A stretch of 45,324 bases of DNA from Candidatus Parabeggiatoa sp. nov. 1. GTDB lineage: Bacteria > Pseudomonadota > Gammaproteobacteria > Beggiatoales > Beggiatoaceae. The translations under genes and the position numbers were made by a program. This document shows, in pieces, positions 1 to 10,119 of this stretch. The first letter of the stretch is position 1. Every line of letters begins with the position of its first letter. The notes under the pieces are model-generated. The model had not been told where the DNA came from and made no database searches. It was given only the letters and a program-made list of their open reading frames with translations. The stretch lies in NCBI GenBank assembly GCA_003646175.1, contig QNER01000001.1, forward strand, positions 1-45,324. The letters run 5' to 3'.

Positions 1-440
1 ATTGAATGATATCCTAGGGCGTTGCCCTAGGCTAGTATGTCAGCCCCTTTCAGGGGCAAAGCAGCGTCAGGCTTATTTCCGGACAACTCTAATGTTATAC
101 GAACTTAGTGTTTGCTGTACTAGAACTATCAAGTCAAAACTGCCCCTCGGCTGTGTTATAAGGCAATGGTGGGTATGGGTTAATGTAATAGGTATTTAGT
201 TCTAACGCTTATTAATAATTAATGCTGAACACAGTGCTTGGAAACGAGGCGGAGGATTTGACTACTTTTTTAAAAAGTTGTATTCTTAACCGGCGTTTGG
301 CAAAATTTATAGAGTTATTGATTATACATGAGATAAAAAATATCAATACACCGATTAACCCATTGAGGGATAAACTATGTTTATAAAATTTGCTTTGCGT
401 CCAGCAGGTTAATTTACAACTGGATTAGGAAAATAATACT

Positions 441-2288
441 ATGGATTCACAAATACCACACGCTCTGGCTTCTATTTTGCCAACGTATGTTTGTGTTCAG
501 GATGATAATGAGACTGAACAAATAGAATTAAGCGATTTAGTGGTCAATTATTTTGAACACATTGGGGTGGATTATGTGTTTGGTGTTCCCGGTGGTGCTA
601 TTGAACCCTTGTACGACGCTTTGGCACGCAGCGAAAGAAGGGGTGGCCCTCGTGCGGTAGTCGCCCGGCATGAAAGCGGGGCGGCTTTTATGGCCGATGG
701 GTATGCCCGTGAAACCGGCAAAATCGGGGTGTGCTGTGCGACCACCGGGCCGGGGACAACCAATCTCATTACCGGCGTGGCTTCGGCTTATGCAGATCAG
801 GTTCCTATGCTGGTGATTACCGCACAAACGACATTATCCAACTTTGGCCGGGGGGCCTTTCAAGAATCATCCCCCGATGCTATAAGTACGGTAGGCATGT
901 TTGAGCATTGTACCCGCTACAACACGATGGTGACACACCCTGAACAATTAGAAATAAAATTGATCGCGGCCATTACGATTGCCATGCGATCACCAAAAGG
1001 CCCTGCGCATATAAGTGTGCCACTTGATATTTTTCGTTCCCTGACTACAGATCAACGCGCCTATTCCAATTTGGAACAGTCGTTATGTGAACCCTCATTG
1101 GTGGATTTTGGGGGGGTGGAAATGCTATGTCAGGAATTGCACCAAGTTTTGAGCAATCAGCGTAAAGTGGTTTTGCTAATAGGCGGCGGTTGTCATGATG
1201 CAATCAAGGAAGTCATCAAATTCGCGGAACTGATTTGTGCGCCTATTGTTACAACACCGACAGGCAAATCTTGTATTGACCCTTTTCACCCGCTGGCGTG
1301 TGGGGTATTCGGTTTTGCCGGACATGAGAGTGCCCGTAAGGCGCTGGTAGATGAATCCGTTGACCTTATATTGGCTATCGGCACCACGTTGGGGGAATGG
1401 GCAACCAATGGTTGGGACACCGGTGTTATGAATAACAAGCTCGTGCATATCCACAGTTCCAGCAATAGTTTTGCCCGTTCCCCTATGGCCCGTTTGCATC
1501 TTTGTGGGCATATTGGAACGGTGTTTGAGCTTTTATTTGCACGGGTTGATACCATGAAGCGTTCGGGTATGCCTTGTCCTAGCTATAGTTCGGAAGAGCT
1601 TTCAGCCCCAACACTGCCATTTCCGGATCGCCGTTTAGTGGAAAAATACCGGTGTGCGCCTCGCCATATTGAAATCCAAAACCCGGAGAACTATCGGCGG
1701 GAACGGAATGTGTCGCCACCCATCAAACCGCAACGTTTGATGTGTGAGCTCAAACTACGTTTTCCACCTCAAACCCGTTTTCTTGCCGACACCGGCAATA
1801 GTTTTTCTTGGACAACCCACTATCTTTTCAATACTGGTGGGGGTGTCTACCGTTTGGCGATGGGCTTTGCTTCTATGGGCTGGGCCATCGGTGCTGCTGT
1901 TGGAACGGCCTTGGGAAATCCTGAGTTTCCGGTCGTCTGTATCACGGGTGATGGCAGCTTTTTGATGAGCGGACAGGAAATCACCGTTGCGATTGCCGAG
2001 CAATTACCGGTTGTGTTTGTGATATTAAATGATCAAGCCCTTGGGATGGTTAAGCACGGACAACGTTTGACCGGGGCCGAACCGGTTGGCTATGAGATAC
2101 CCCCGGTCGATTTTTGCCAAATGGCTAAGGCAATGGGTGCTAATGCTTACACCATTAAGCATCCTAATGATTTCGATAAAATCGATTTTGAGGCGATTTG
2201 TTCGTGCATTCGCCCGACCTTATTGGATATTCATGTTGACCCTGAAGAAGTACCCCCTATAGGGATGCGTGCCAAGGCTTTAGAATGA
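441..2288 (+). CDS. ThDP-dependent enzyme, acetolactate synthase large subunit-like (probably secondary metabolism)
   Basis: 615 aa; FGVPGG, RHESGAAFMADGYAR, TTGPG and ThDP-binding GDGSFLM...ND motifs; AGGA upstream; no small regulatory subunit nearby. Confidence 0.9.
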   Translation: MDSQIPHALASILPTYVCVQDDNETEQIELSDLVVNYFEHIGVDYVFGVPGGAIEPLYDALARSERRGGPRAVVARHESGAAFMADGYARETGKIGVCCATTGPGTTNLITGVASAYADQVPMLVITAQTTLSNFGRGAFQESSPDAISTVGMFEHCTRYNTMVTHPEQLEIKLIAAITIAMRSPKGPAHISVPLDIFRSLTTDQRAYSNLEQSLCEPSLVDFGGVEMLCQELHQVLSNQRKVVLLIGGGCHDAIKEVIKFAELICAPIVTTPTGKSCIDPFHPLACGVFGFAGHESARKALVDESVDLILAIGTTLGEWATNGWDTGVMNNKLVHIHSSSNSFARSPMARLHLCGHIGTVFELLFARVDTMKRSGMPCPSYSSEELSAPTLPFPDRRLVEKYRCAPRHIEIQNPENYRRERNVSPPIKPQRLMCELKLRFPPQTRFLADTGNSFSWTTHYLFNTGGGVYRLAMGFASMGWAIGAAVGTALGNPEFPVVCITGDGSFLMSGQEITVAIAEQLPVVFVILNDQALGMVKHGQRLTGAEPVGYEIPPVDFCQMAKAMGANAYTIKHPNDFDKIDFEAICSCIRPTLLDIHVDPEEVPPIGMRAKALE

Positions 2289-2342
2289 CGTAACCAAACC
2301 TTCGAGGTTTTAGAAACCTTGAAGGTTTAAAGTGTTTTATTA

Positions 2343-2590
2343 ACTTGACAATGTCATATTATCAGGCGTACGTTCGCTTGTACTCAAATAAATGGCGATA
2401 CCCAGGAGTACAAGGCGAACCTTGTACGAAAAACGGTATGATTATTGAGATGTGGCATTGTCAAGTACTTGACAATGTCATATTATCAGGCGTACAAGGT
2501 TCGCCTGGTATGAAAATGGCGATACCCAGGAGTACAAGGCGAACCTTGTACGAAAAACGGTATGGTTATTGACATGTAATATTGTCAAGT
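2343..2590. mobile_element. Head-to-tail dimer of a 124-bp MITE
   Basis: Units 2343-2466 and 2467-2590, each bounded by ACTTGACAAT...ATTGTCAAGT inverted repeats; flanked by TTA/TAA. Confidence 0.8.
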
Positions 2591-2881
2591 TAAGTGTATA
2601 ATAAAAAATTTATTAATACTCGATACCGCAGTTTTTTAGAGTTTATTTTTAGGAGCTTTAACAAATCAATAAGTTAGCGAGCATCCTGACATGCATTACA
2701 TAGCGTGATATCTTGTTTAACCCGTTGGTTTTAGGCCGCTTTAAAAAAGCCAGAAATAAAAACTGCGGTATCGAGTAATACTGTACCAAAAACCATTGAT
2801 GTTTCGTTCATGATGGACGGATTTCCGAAACCTTTTATTTTCACCTGAAAATATTGATAAAATAGTAGCACTGATGTCAAA

Positions 2882-3706
2882 ATGAGCGAAAAAGACAAGA
2901 ATAAAACTGAGGTCATTCACAGCCGCATTTGGGAAGAAGAGGCCGAACCCGATAACCCCTTTGCGGCTGCAGCCTGCTATTGTCACGGCTACGATGTTTA
3001 TGGCGATTTGTTAGGTAAGGCCAGTTGGACGGAATATCTTTATCTGCTTTTTATGGGGGAACGTCCTTCACCAGCGCAAGCACGTTTGTTGGAGGGACTT
3101 GCAGTGGCACTCGCGAATCCGGGGCCCCGTGATCATAGTGTGCGGGGGGCCATGAACGCAAGCGTTGGAAGTGCTACCAACACGGCCTCTCTCTTAGCAG
3201 CATTAGCCGTTGGTAGCGGCAACTTGCAAGGAAGCAGGGAAATCATTGTGGCAATGGAATACTGGCATGCTTGCGGTCATAAACTAACAAAATGGCAGGA
3301 ATATCTCCAACACCCACACGAGGAGGAACGGATAGATGTGTGGAAACCCATAGAACATCCACCAGGGTTTGATCCGCATGGTGTAAGTTGTTCTACACCA
3401 GTACAACAAGTCTTGCAGTACTTTAGCGAAGTAAGTGTTGGAAACAGCCTGCCATGGTTGTTAGAACACCGTGTTGAATTGGAAACAATATCAGGCTGTC
3501 CACTGGCTATGAGCGGTGTGGTAGCTGCTGCGTTTGTAGATATTGGGTTGAATGTGGAGCAGGCAGAAATGCTTTACCTAATCTTGCGTCTACCAGGCGC
3601 TGCCGTACATGCTTTAGAACAACGATCATACGGGATGGCAAAATATCCCTTTTTTAGGGATGGCTTGGAGCTATTGTCATGCACCGAGGCTAGCAATGGA
3701 GAATGA
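2882..3706 (+). CDS. Citrate synthase / citryl-CoA lyase-fold protein
   Basis: 274 aa; GYDVYGDLLG, YLLFMGERP, PPGF and LRLPGAAVHALEQ segments resemble the citryl-CoA lyase-like family. Confidence 0.75.
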   Translation: MSEKDKNKTEVIHSRIWEEEAEPDNPFAAAACYCHGYDVYGDLLGKASWTEYLYLLFMGERPSPAQARLLEGLAVALANPGPRDHSVRGAMNASVGSATNTASLLAALAVGSGNLQGSREIIVAMEYWHACGHKLTKWQEYLQHPHEEERIDVWKPIEHPPGFDPHGVSCSTPVQQVLQYFSEVSVGNSLPWLLEHRVELETISGCPLAMSGVVAAAFVDIGLNVEQAEMLYLILRLPGAAVHALEQRSYGMAKYPFFRDGLELLSCTEASNGE

Positions 3707-3709
3707 ATA

Positions 3710-4540
3710 ATGACAGGGAATAAGGTATTATTGGAATTTGAAGACCATTGGCCAACAAAAATGGGGGCATGGCTTCCACAAGAAGGTAAAGTCATCTATC
3801 GAGGTAAGGAAATTTTTCGTGATTTGAAAGATATAAGCTGGCTAGGATTACTGCTTTACGGTATTACAGGGCGAATATTTGAGGAAAAATCTCTGAAATT
3901 GCTTGAAGGCATGTGGGTCCTTGCTATAAGTTATCCAGACCCACGTTTGTGGGCTAATGGTATTGCAGCACTTGCTGGTACGGTTAGGAGCACAGGTATT
4001 CAGGGGGTCGGTACTGCGATTGTGGCCTGTGAGGGAGTTCAGGTGGGTCATAGAGTTAATCTTTGGGCCATTGATTTTTTGCTACGTACTAAGAAAAAAT
4101 TGGATGGGGGTGCTAATTTGAAGGAACTAGTACAAGCAGAAATGAAGAAACACCGAGGGATTCCTGGATATGGTCGTCCGATAAACCCTCAAAAAGATGA
4201 ACGTATTGGACCGGTCATGGAACTCGCAAGTTCTCTCGGTTTTGCAGATGGAGATTACGTCAAACTCGCGTTTCAAATTGAACAAATACTAATCAAAGGA
4301 CGCTGGCGCAAATATATGAACATCACTGGCTTGGCAGCCGCACTTGGGGCAGATCAAGGGCTTAGTTCTCGCGAATATTACTATTATGTTGTTCCAAGTT
4401 TCACGGCAGGTATACTGCCCTGTTATATTGATGCCCTTGACAAACCAGAAGGTAGCTTTTTTCCATTACGTTGTAGCCGTGTGCAGTATGAAGGTCCGGT
4501 GCTGCGTCGGAAATGGGATAATGCACAAGGCTCAGTTTAG
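3710..4540 (+). CDS. Second citrate synthase / citryl-CoA lyase-fold protein
   Basis: 276 aa; YRGKEI, ITGR, IPGYGRP..DERI and MNITG motifs; starts 3 bp after the previous gene. Confidence 0.75.
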   Translation: MTGNKVLLEFEDHWPTKMGAWLPQEGKVIYRGKEIFRDLKDISWLGLLLYGITGRIFEEKSLKLLEGMWVLAISYPDPRLWANGIAALAGTVRSTGIQGVGTAIVACEGVQVGHRVNLWAIDFLLRTKKKLDGGANLKELVQAEMKKHRGIPGYGRPINPQKDERIGPVMELASSLGFADGDYVKLAFQIEQILIKGRWRKYMNITGLAAALGADQGLSSREYYYYVVPSFTAGILPCYIDALDKPEGSFFPLRCSRVQYEGPVLRRKWDNAQGSV

Positions 4541-4850
4541 GGTAGATGATTTCTTTTTTGTAGGAGGGTACCATCAACTCATGCCAAACGGATACTTTCC
4601 CTAAAAATAACAATATCCATCATAAAAAGGCTGGTAAGTGCCTAAACGTAATTATTCAGGTATTTGATTCTCAAAAATATCTCAGGCAAATAATTTCTGT
4701 CCAGGGCACTTATGGGTTCTTTTGAACACTAAGCATGATTATTTATTTTGAATCAACAGCTTACAAAAAACTTGAACATCAAATGGAAGTACTTACTTTA
4801 CTTACAACAAGTACAATTTGGTCGGTTCAAGTCACTAAATATTTGAAAAA

Positions 4851-7043
4851 ATGAGATTCCAAATGTTAGTCAGATTATTAATTCCATTGTTATTAACCAT
4901 AGCGATTTCCCCCTGTCATGCGGACGAAATGGATGATAGCCGTGAAGCTATCGACTTTTTAAAAGATTTAGATATTGAAGATTTAATTGACGTTGAGGTG
5001 ACCCTTGACGATGTTTTTGATGTCTTTGATGGGTTGGTTAAAGCGAGGACCGTCTCCATTGCCACTGGTGATAAGCAGTCTATTGCTCGTGCACCGTCGG
5101 TAACCAGTGTGATTACCGCACAAGACATTGAAGCGATAGGTGCCAGAGACATTGATGAGGCACTAGAAGCAGTACCGGGGCTACACATGGCAAGAGAACC
5201 CTTGGGCTACAAACCTGTTTACACTATCAGGGGAATGTATTCAGATAACAATCGTGAGGTGCTAGTTCTGATTAATGGTATTCCCCTCACAAGTGTATAT
5301 ACTGGAAACCGCGGTCTTGTTTGGGGTGGGATGCCGGTTAATGCCATTGCCCGTATTGAAGTTATTCGTGGTCCAGGTTCGGCAGTGTATGGTGCTGATG
5401 CTTTTGGTGGGGTGATTAATATTATTACTAAGAGCAAAGAAGATATTGATGGCACTGAAATGGGTGTACGAGCAGGTAGTTTTTCAACGGGGGATGCTTG
5501 GATACTACACGGCGAACAGTGGGCTGGGTTTGATGTGGCTTTAGCCTTAGAATATCAAACAACAGACGGACAGAGAGAAGTTATCGATGCTGATGCACAA
5601 ACTTCATACGATAACGCACCCGATACTAATGCTTCACTGGCACCTGGTCCTGTAAACTTGCAAGGAGACAACGTAGATATTCGTTTGGATGTTTTGCGGG
5701 GGAATTGGCAACTGCGTGCAGGTTATCAAGGGCGACGCAACATGGGCACTGGTGCTGGCGTGGCACACGCACTGGATCCTAACGGTCACCATAGTGCTGA
5801 CCGTATCAACGCAGACCTAACTTACCATAATCAAGAATTTACTCGATACTGGGATGTTACAGCGCAGTTCAGTGTTTTCAATACAGCATTTGAGGCAAAA
5901 CGTGATCACCGATTATTTCCGCCAGGCGCATTTGGAGGTACGTATCCAGATGGGTTTATTGGAAATCCTGGAACTTCAGAACGCCATACTCGCTTTGATA
6001 CTTCGGGTTTCTATTCTGGTTTTATGAAACATTTGATTAGGATAGGAACCGGTTATCACACAGGTGATTTCTATAAAAGTACAGAAACTAAAAATTTTGG
6101 TACTGAGCCTTCAACGGGGCTTCCTTTGCCGCCAGGGAGTCCGGTTATAAATGTGAGTGATACGTCTGCAGCCTTTATTCAGGAAAGAGAGCGTAAGGCG
6201 TGGTATCTTTCTTTACAAGATACGTGGTCCTTTGCCCCTGATTGGGAGTTTACTGCAGGACTCCGTTACGATCATTACTCCGATTTTGGCAAAACTGTCA
6301 ATCCCCGTCTAGCCCTTGTATGGCAACCGTTTCCTGATTTTGCCAGTAAACTCTTATATGGCAGTGCTTTTCGTGCTCCCGCTTTTGTTGATCTCTATAA
6401 TGCTAACAACCCGTTGACATTAGGTAACCCTGATTTAAAACCAGAAACTATAAAAACATGGGAACTGGCTTTCGACTACCGCGCCACCAATAATTTGCAC
6501 CTAGCAATGAACTTGTTCAACTATGACGCAACTGACAAAATCCTATTCATACCTGACGCTGGTGGAAACACCGCTACAGCACAAAATGCCGGCAAGCAAG
6601 ATGGCCATGGTATTGAGTTGGAAGCACGCTGGAAACCCACTACGAAATCCAGTTTACTGGTTAATTATGCTTTCCAAAAGGCGACTGATGAGAATGACCA
6701 TCATATCGGCAATGCACCTCAACATTCGGCGTATCTACGTACAGATTGGCTACTTTACCCCAATTGGTACCTTGATACACAAGTGAATTGGATTGCAAAG
6801 CGCAAGCGAACCCCCAGTGATTACAGAACTCCCATTGATGACTACACCACCATGGATTTAACCTTGCGTTACAAAGATATTAAACAAGGAAATTGGAATT
6901 TTGCAGTGGGTGTGCGTAACCTAGTTGATGCTGATGTCCGGGAACCTAGCCCTGGGCCTGGTTTAAGTGACATTGTTACTATTCCTAATGATTTGCCGCT
7001 AGCAGGACGGAATTACTTCTTGGAACTTCGTTATCGTTTTTGA
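4851..7043 (+). CDS. TonB-dependent outer membrane receptor
   Basis: 730 aa; signal peptide, plug motif IARIEVIRGPGSAVYGADAFGGVINIITK, GNPDLKPE, C-terminal Phe. Confidence 0.95.
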   Translation: MRFQMLVRLLIPLLLTIAISPCHADEMDDSREAIDFLKDLDIEDLIDVEVTLDDVFDVFDGLVKARTVSIATGDKQSIARAPSVTSVITAQDIEAIGARDIDEALEAVPGLHMAREPLGYKPVYTIRGMYSDNNREVLVLINGIPLTSVYTGNRGLVWGGMPVNAIARIEVIRGPGSAVYGADAFGGVINIITKSKEDIDGTEMGVRAGSFSTGDAWILHGEQWAGFDVALALEYQTTDGQREVIDADAQTSYDNAPDTNASLAPGPVNLQGDNVDIRLDVLRGNWQLRAGYQGRRNMGTGAGVAHALDPNGHHSADRINADLTYHNQEFTRYWDVTAQFSVFNTAFEAKRDHRLFPPGAFGGTYPDGFIGNPGTSERHTRFDTSGFYSGFMKHLIRIGTGYHTGDFYKSTETKNFGTEPSTGLPLPPGSPVINVSDTSAAFIQERERKAWYLSLQDTWSFAPDWEFTAGLRYDHYSDFGKTVNPRLALVWQPFPDFASKLLYGSAFRAPAFVDLYNANNPLTLGNPDLKPETIKTWELAFDYRATNNLHLAMNLFNYDATDKILFIPDAGGNTATAQNAGKQDGHGIELEARWKPTTKSSLLVNYAFQKATDENDHHIGNAPQHSAYLRTDWLLYPNWYLDTQVNWIAKRKRTPSDYRTPIDDYTTMDLTLRYKDIKQGNWNFAVGVRNLVDADVREPSPGPGLSDIVTIPNDLPLAGRNYFLELRYRF

Positions 7044-7045
7044 CT

Positions 7046-7191
7046 TAACAACCACCCGCTAAAGATAGGTGAGTTAGAGAGCATGGGGGCTGAAGGCCCT
7101 GATACGGGACGATTTGCCCCGTATTATGACTCCGTCTTGAAATTATCATTCGGGGTTGGTTCAAAATGATGTTCGAGATAATTATTGGCTC
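7046..7191 (-). pseudogene. IS200-type Y1 transposase 3' remnant with element end
   Basis: Minus strand reads NNYLEHHFEPTPNDNFKTES*, resembling IS200 TnpA C-termini; followed by hairpin-forming sequence. Confidence 0.55.
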
Positions 7192-7235
7192 AGATAAAAG
7201 GCCACTTGTTTGGTTGTGGCACAAAAGTGTTGTCC

Positions 7236-7363
7236 CTAGTACTCTGTCAATGTTCTATTGACGGATAAAAGGAGTTCAAGATTTTCAAAGAACTGCCCAA
7301 ACTAAAGTTTGGACTCCTGAGCCAAGTATTTTACCCGTCAAAACTAAGTTGACAGTGTACTAG
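7236..7363. mobile_element. CTAG-bounded MITE (same family as 28270-28481)
   Basis: CTAGTACTCTGTCAA...TTGACAGTGTACTAG inverted ends; internal palindrome CCAAACTAAAGTTTGG. Confidence 0.7.
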
Positions 7364-7560
7364 GGGCGCATTCCTATTTTCCGGACCAACAACTACAAGG
7401 GACGCATTTCTGTTTTCCCGCTATCAAGAACTACAAGGATTGCATATAAAAAGGGATTTTTAGAGTTTAGCCTCAATCGATATTTGGCTAAATCCTTGGA
7501 CTTTGGCAATTGTCGAGATTGTTCATTCCTGAAACGTTGTTAACTTTTGAAACACACTTG

Positions 7561-8820
7561 ATGAAAATTACAATTTTAGCTCCTGGCTCTCGTGGTGATG
7601 TGCAGCCTTTTATTGCTCTCGGCATGGGCTTACAGTCTGTAGGTTATGAGGTATGTATCGCTACTAATGCCACATTTGAAACGTTTATTTGTAATCATGG
7701 GCTTGGTTTTTTCCCAATACAATTTGATATGAAAAAAGTATTTGACAGCGATGCGGGTCAAGTCGGCTTGAAAAGTGGTCGTAATCTTGTAAGTGCTGCT
7801 CAAAATTTTCGTCGGGTAATGAATCCGATGATACAACAGTTAGGAGATGATTGTTGGGCAGCGTCTCAGGAGACAGATGCGATTATTCACGCAACGCTTG
7901 CTTTTTATTTTGCGCCTTCCATTGCTGAAAATTTTAAAGTACCGCATATGGTCGCGTTTTTACACCCCCAACATCCAACAAGCACTTTTCCTAGTTTTTT
8001 ATCACCAATTAAACGTAATTTAGGCGGTTTCTTCAACCGGTTGACACAAATTATACCCGACACTATGTTATGGCTGCCTTATCGTTCAGCAATCAATCAA
8101 TGGCATCAGAAACGGTTGAATTTACCTCCATTTGGCATGAACTATTTTAAACGGTATCGTTCTATTCTAACGCTCTATGGTTTCAGCCCTAGCGTCGTTT
8201 CTAAACCGCCAGACTGGGGCAATCATATTGAGGTATCAGGTTACTGGTTTTTGAATGATGCCGCAGATTGGCAACCCCCTAACGAGTTAATTGATTTTTT
8301 GGAGGCTGGCTCACCGCCTGTTTACGTCGGCTTCGGTAGTATGACTAACCGCAATCCAGAAGAAACAACGGATATCGTTTTAAAAGCACTCGCTCGCACT
8401 AAACAACGTGGGTTATTGTTAACGGGGTGGGGAGGATTAAAAAAGTCTGATTTACCTGACAATGTCTTTAAAATTGAATCAGCACCTCACGAGTGGCTTT
8501 TTCCCCGAATGGCCGCTATCGTTCATCATGGTGGTGCCGGAACAACGGGGGCGAGCTTACGAGCGGGTATCCCAACTATCGTAGTTCCTTTCTTTTTTGA
8601 CCAGCCTTTTTGGGGACAACGTGTGGCCGATTTGGGTGTTGGGCCTCAACCGATTCCACGCAAAAAGCTTTCAGTGGAACGGCTCACGGCTGCTATCACG
8701 ACGGCCGTCACTGATAAGAAGATGCAAGAACGAGCGGCAGCATTAGGTGAACGTATTCGGGCTGAAGACGGGGTTGCTCGTGCGGTTGAATTTATTAATC
8801 GCTCTCTTTCAACTCATTAA
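7561..8820 (+). CDS. GT1 UDP-glycosyltransferase (sterol 3-beta-glucosyltransferase-like)
   Basis: GSRGDVQPF, PPVYVGFGSM, HHGGAGTT and DQPFWG motifs; ATG at 7561 (MKITIL) preferred to the TTG at 7510. Confidence 0.9.
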   Translation: MKITILAPGSRGDVQPFIALGMGLQSVGYEVCIATNATFETFICNHGLGFFPIQFDMKKVFDSDAGQVGLKSGRNLVSAAQNFRRVMNPMIQQLGDDCWAASQETDAIIHATLAFYFAPSIAENFKVPHMVAFLHPQHPTSTFPSFLSPIKRNLGGFFNRLTQIIPDTMLWLPYRSAINQWHQKRLNLPPFGMNYFKRYRSILTLYGFSPSVVSKPPDWGNHIEVSGYWFLNDAADWQPPNELIDFLEAGSPPVYVGFGSMTNRNPEETTDIVLKALARTKQRGLLLTGWGGLKKSDLPDNVFKIESAPHEWLFPRMAAIVHHGGAGTTGASLRAGIPTIVVPFFFDQPFWGQRVADLGVGPQPIPRKKLSVERLTAAITTAVTDKKMQERAAALGERIRAEDGVARAVEFINRSLSTH

Positions 8821-8909
8821 TCAGACCAAGAAGTTGTTTCATGGAGTCCAAAGTTTCCGCTTTAGGACACTGTGCTGTAGCAAAGGACTCCAAAAACAAT
8901 ACCATCCAC

Positions 8910-8940
8910 AAAAAAAAGGGGTGACAAATACTGTCACCCC
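8910..8940 (-). terminator. Rho-independent terminator
   Basis: Minus strand GGGGTGACA-GTATT-TGTCACCCC followed by T8, downstream of 9039-9986. Confidence 0.75.
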
Positions 8941-9038
8941 TACAATAAACATCGTTTGTCATTAATTTAAAATCTATGTTTGTACGAGTCAAGTGACTGA
9001 GATGTGTTCAATACTCAGCACAAGTGCTCAATGATTGG

Positions 9039-9986
9039 CTAATATACCGTGGCTGATACCAAGAATTCCGTGAGATAAGTACCTTCAGCCTCTTCTATTG
9101 CGTAATAGTAGGTGTTTCCAAATATCCCTTCAGAGTCCACATAAAGATAAGAAGCACCTGACATGGAATTTCCTTGAGAGAGAACCGGTTGTTCGGTCAC
9201 TTGGACAATATCGACATATTCGCCCGCGTCATTCTTTAGAGCCCGCCAGATGTGAAAGCCTGCACTACCAATGTTAGGATCCGTTTCCCAACGTAAGGTA
9301 ATTTGTCCATCGCTGGCCTCGGCACTGAAATAGTAAAGTTGGTCGGTCGGTTCAGGTTCTCCTAACAATAAACAACCCACTTCTTGTTCTTCGTCATCAT
9401 ACAACTTGTTCGCTATTGTATTCGAGCAAGGATGCGTATCATATTTCAAGACAATAGAAGCAGGCGGCGGAACCTTATCCGCCCAACCCTTCATCCGACA
9501 AGTCTCCTTCATATGCAATCTACCAATGGGGGTATCAAGTGTAAAAAAGTAATCAGCCACCTTATCAGCCACCGTCGGCTCGTCTGCTCGTTCTGTCATT
9601 CGACCGTATGAGGGAATGACCCCTTGCTCTTTACCACCACGGAGAGTAATGCCGTGTCCACTCGCTTTAAAGGTAATGACCTCATAATCAATGACATGAG
9701 CCGTATTCCCCTGAAGCCCAGCCATTGCTGGAATGCCTGGAACCCCATTCTCTCTTTTTACCTTGATTGGGCCGGTAACCGTTACAGGTGCGGCAGTCAT
9801 GTCATTACAAGGTGTCCTTATATATAGCTTAAGTTTGACAGGAACTACGTCTATAGCTCCCGGACAATCATCTATCCAGTGCGGCCCGGGACCACAGTGG
9901 GTATTAGCGGCCATAGCTGGGCTACCGAATACCATGATGGCAAGAGATAATGCTATCTTGCGATATTTTGAGTTTGTAGTTAGCAT
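9039..9986 (-). CDS. Secreted Cys-containing protein with a C-terminal Ig/FN3-like domain
   Basis: 315 aa; AGGAGG RBS; signal peptide ending AMA; C-terminal FSAE...LRWET...GFHIWRA...YYYAIEE module. Confidence 0.7.
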   Translation of the reverse strand: MLTTNSKYRKIALSLAIMVFGSPAMAANTHCGPGPHWIDDCPGAIDVVPVKLKLYIRTPCNDMTAAPVTVTGPIKVKRENGVPGIPAMAGLQGNTAHVIDYEVITFKASGHGITLRGGKEQGVIPSYGRMTERADEPTVADKVADYFFTLDTPIGRLHMKETCRMKGWADKVPPPASIVLKYDTHPCSNTIANKLYDDEEQEVGCLLLGEPEPTDQLYYFSAEASDGQITLRWETDPNIGSAGFHIWRALKNDAGEYVDIVQVTEQPVLSQGNSMSGASYLYVDSEGIFGNTYYYAIEEAEGTYLTEFLVSATVY

Positions 9987-10119
9987 TTTAAGCCTCCTTT
10001 GAGTAGGTTGTCGTAACAGTGTTTATAAAAATGGACCTTCTTTGCATTAGTCTAGTTCTGGATACAGTACCTAACAAATGCTTTGAGTCTGCCAGGATTA
10101 AGCAGCCGATTCTTTTATG

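Noticed and set aside
2-199. 65-aa ORF
   Set aside because: Overlaps REP-like palindromes and a MITE end; no protein features.
2345-2572. 75-aa internally repeated ORF
   Set aside because: It is the translation of the MITE dimer.
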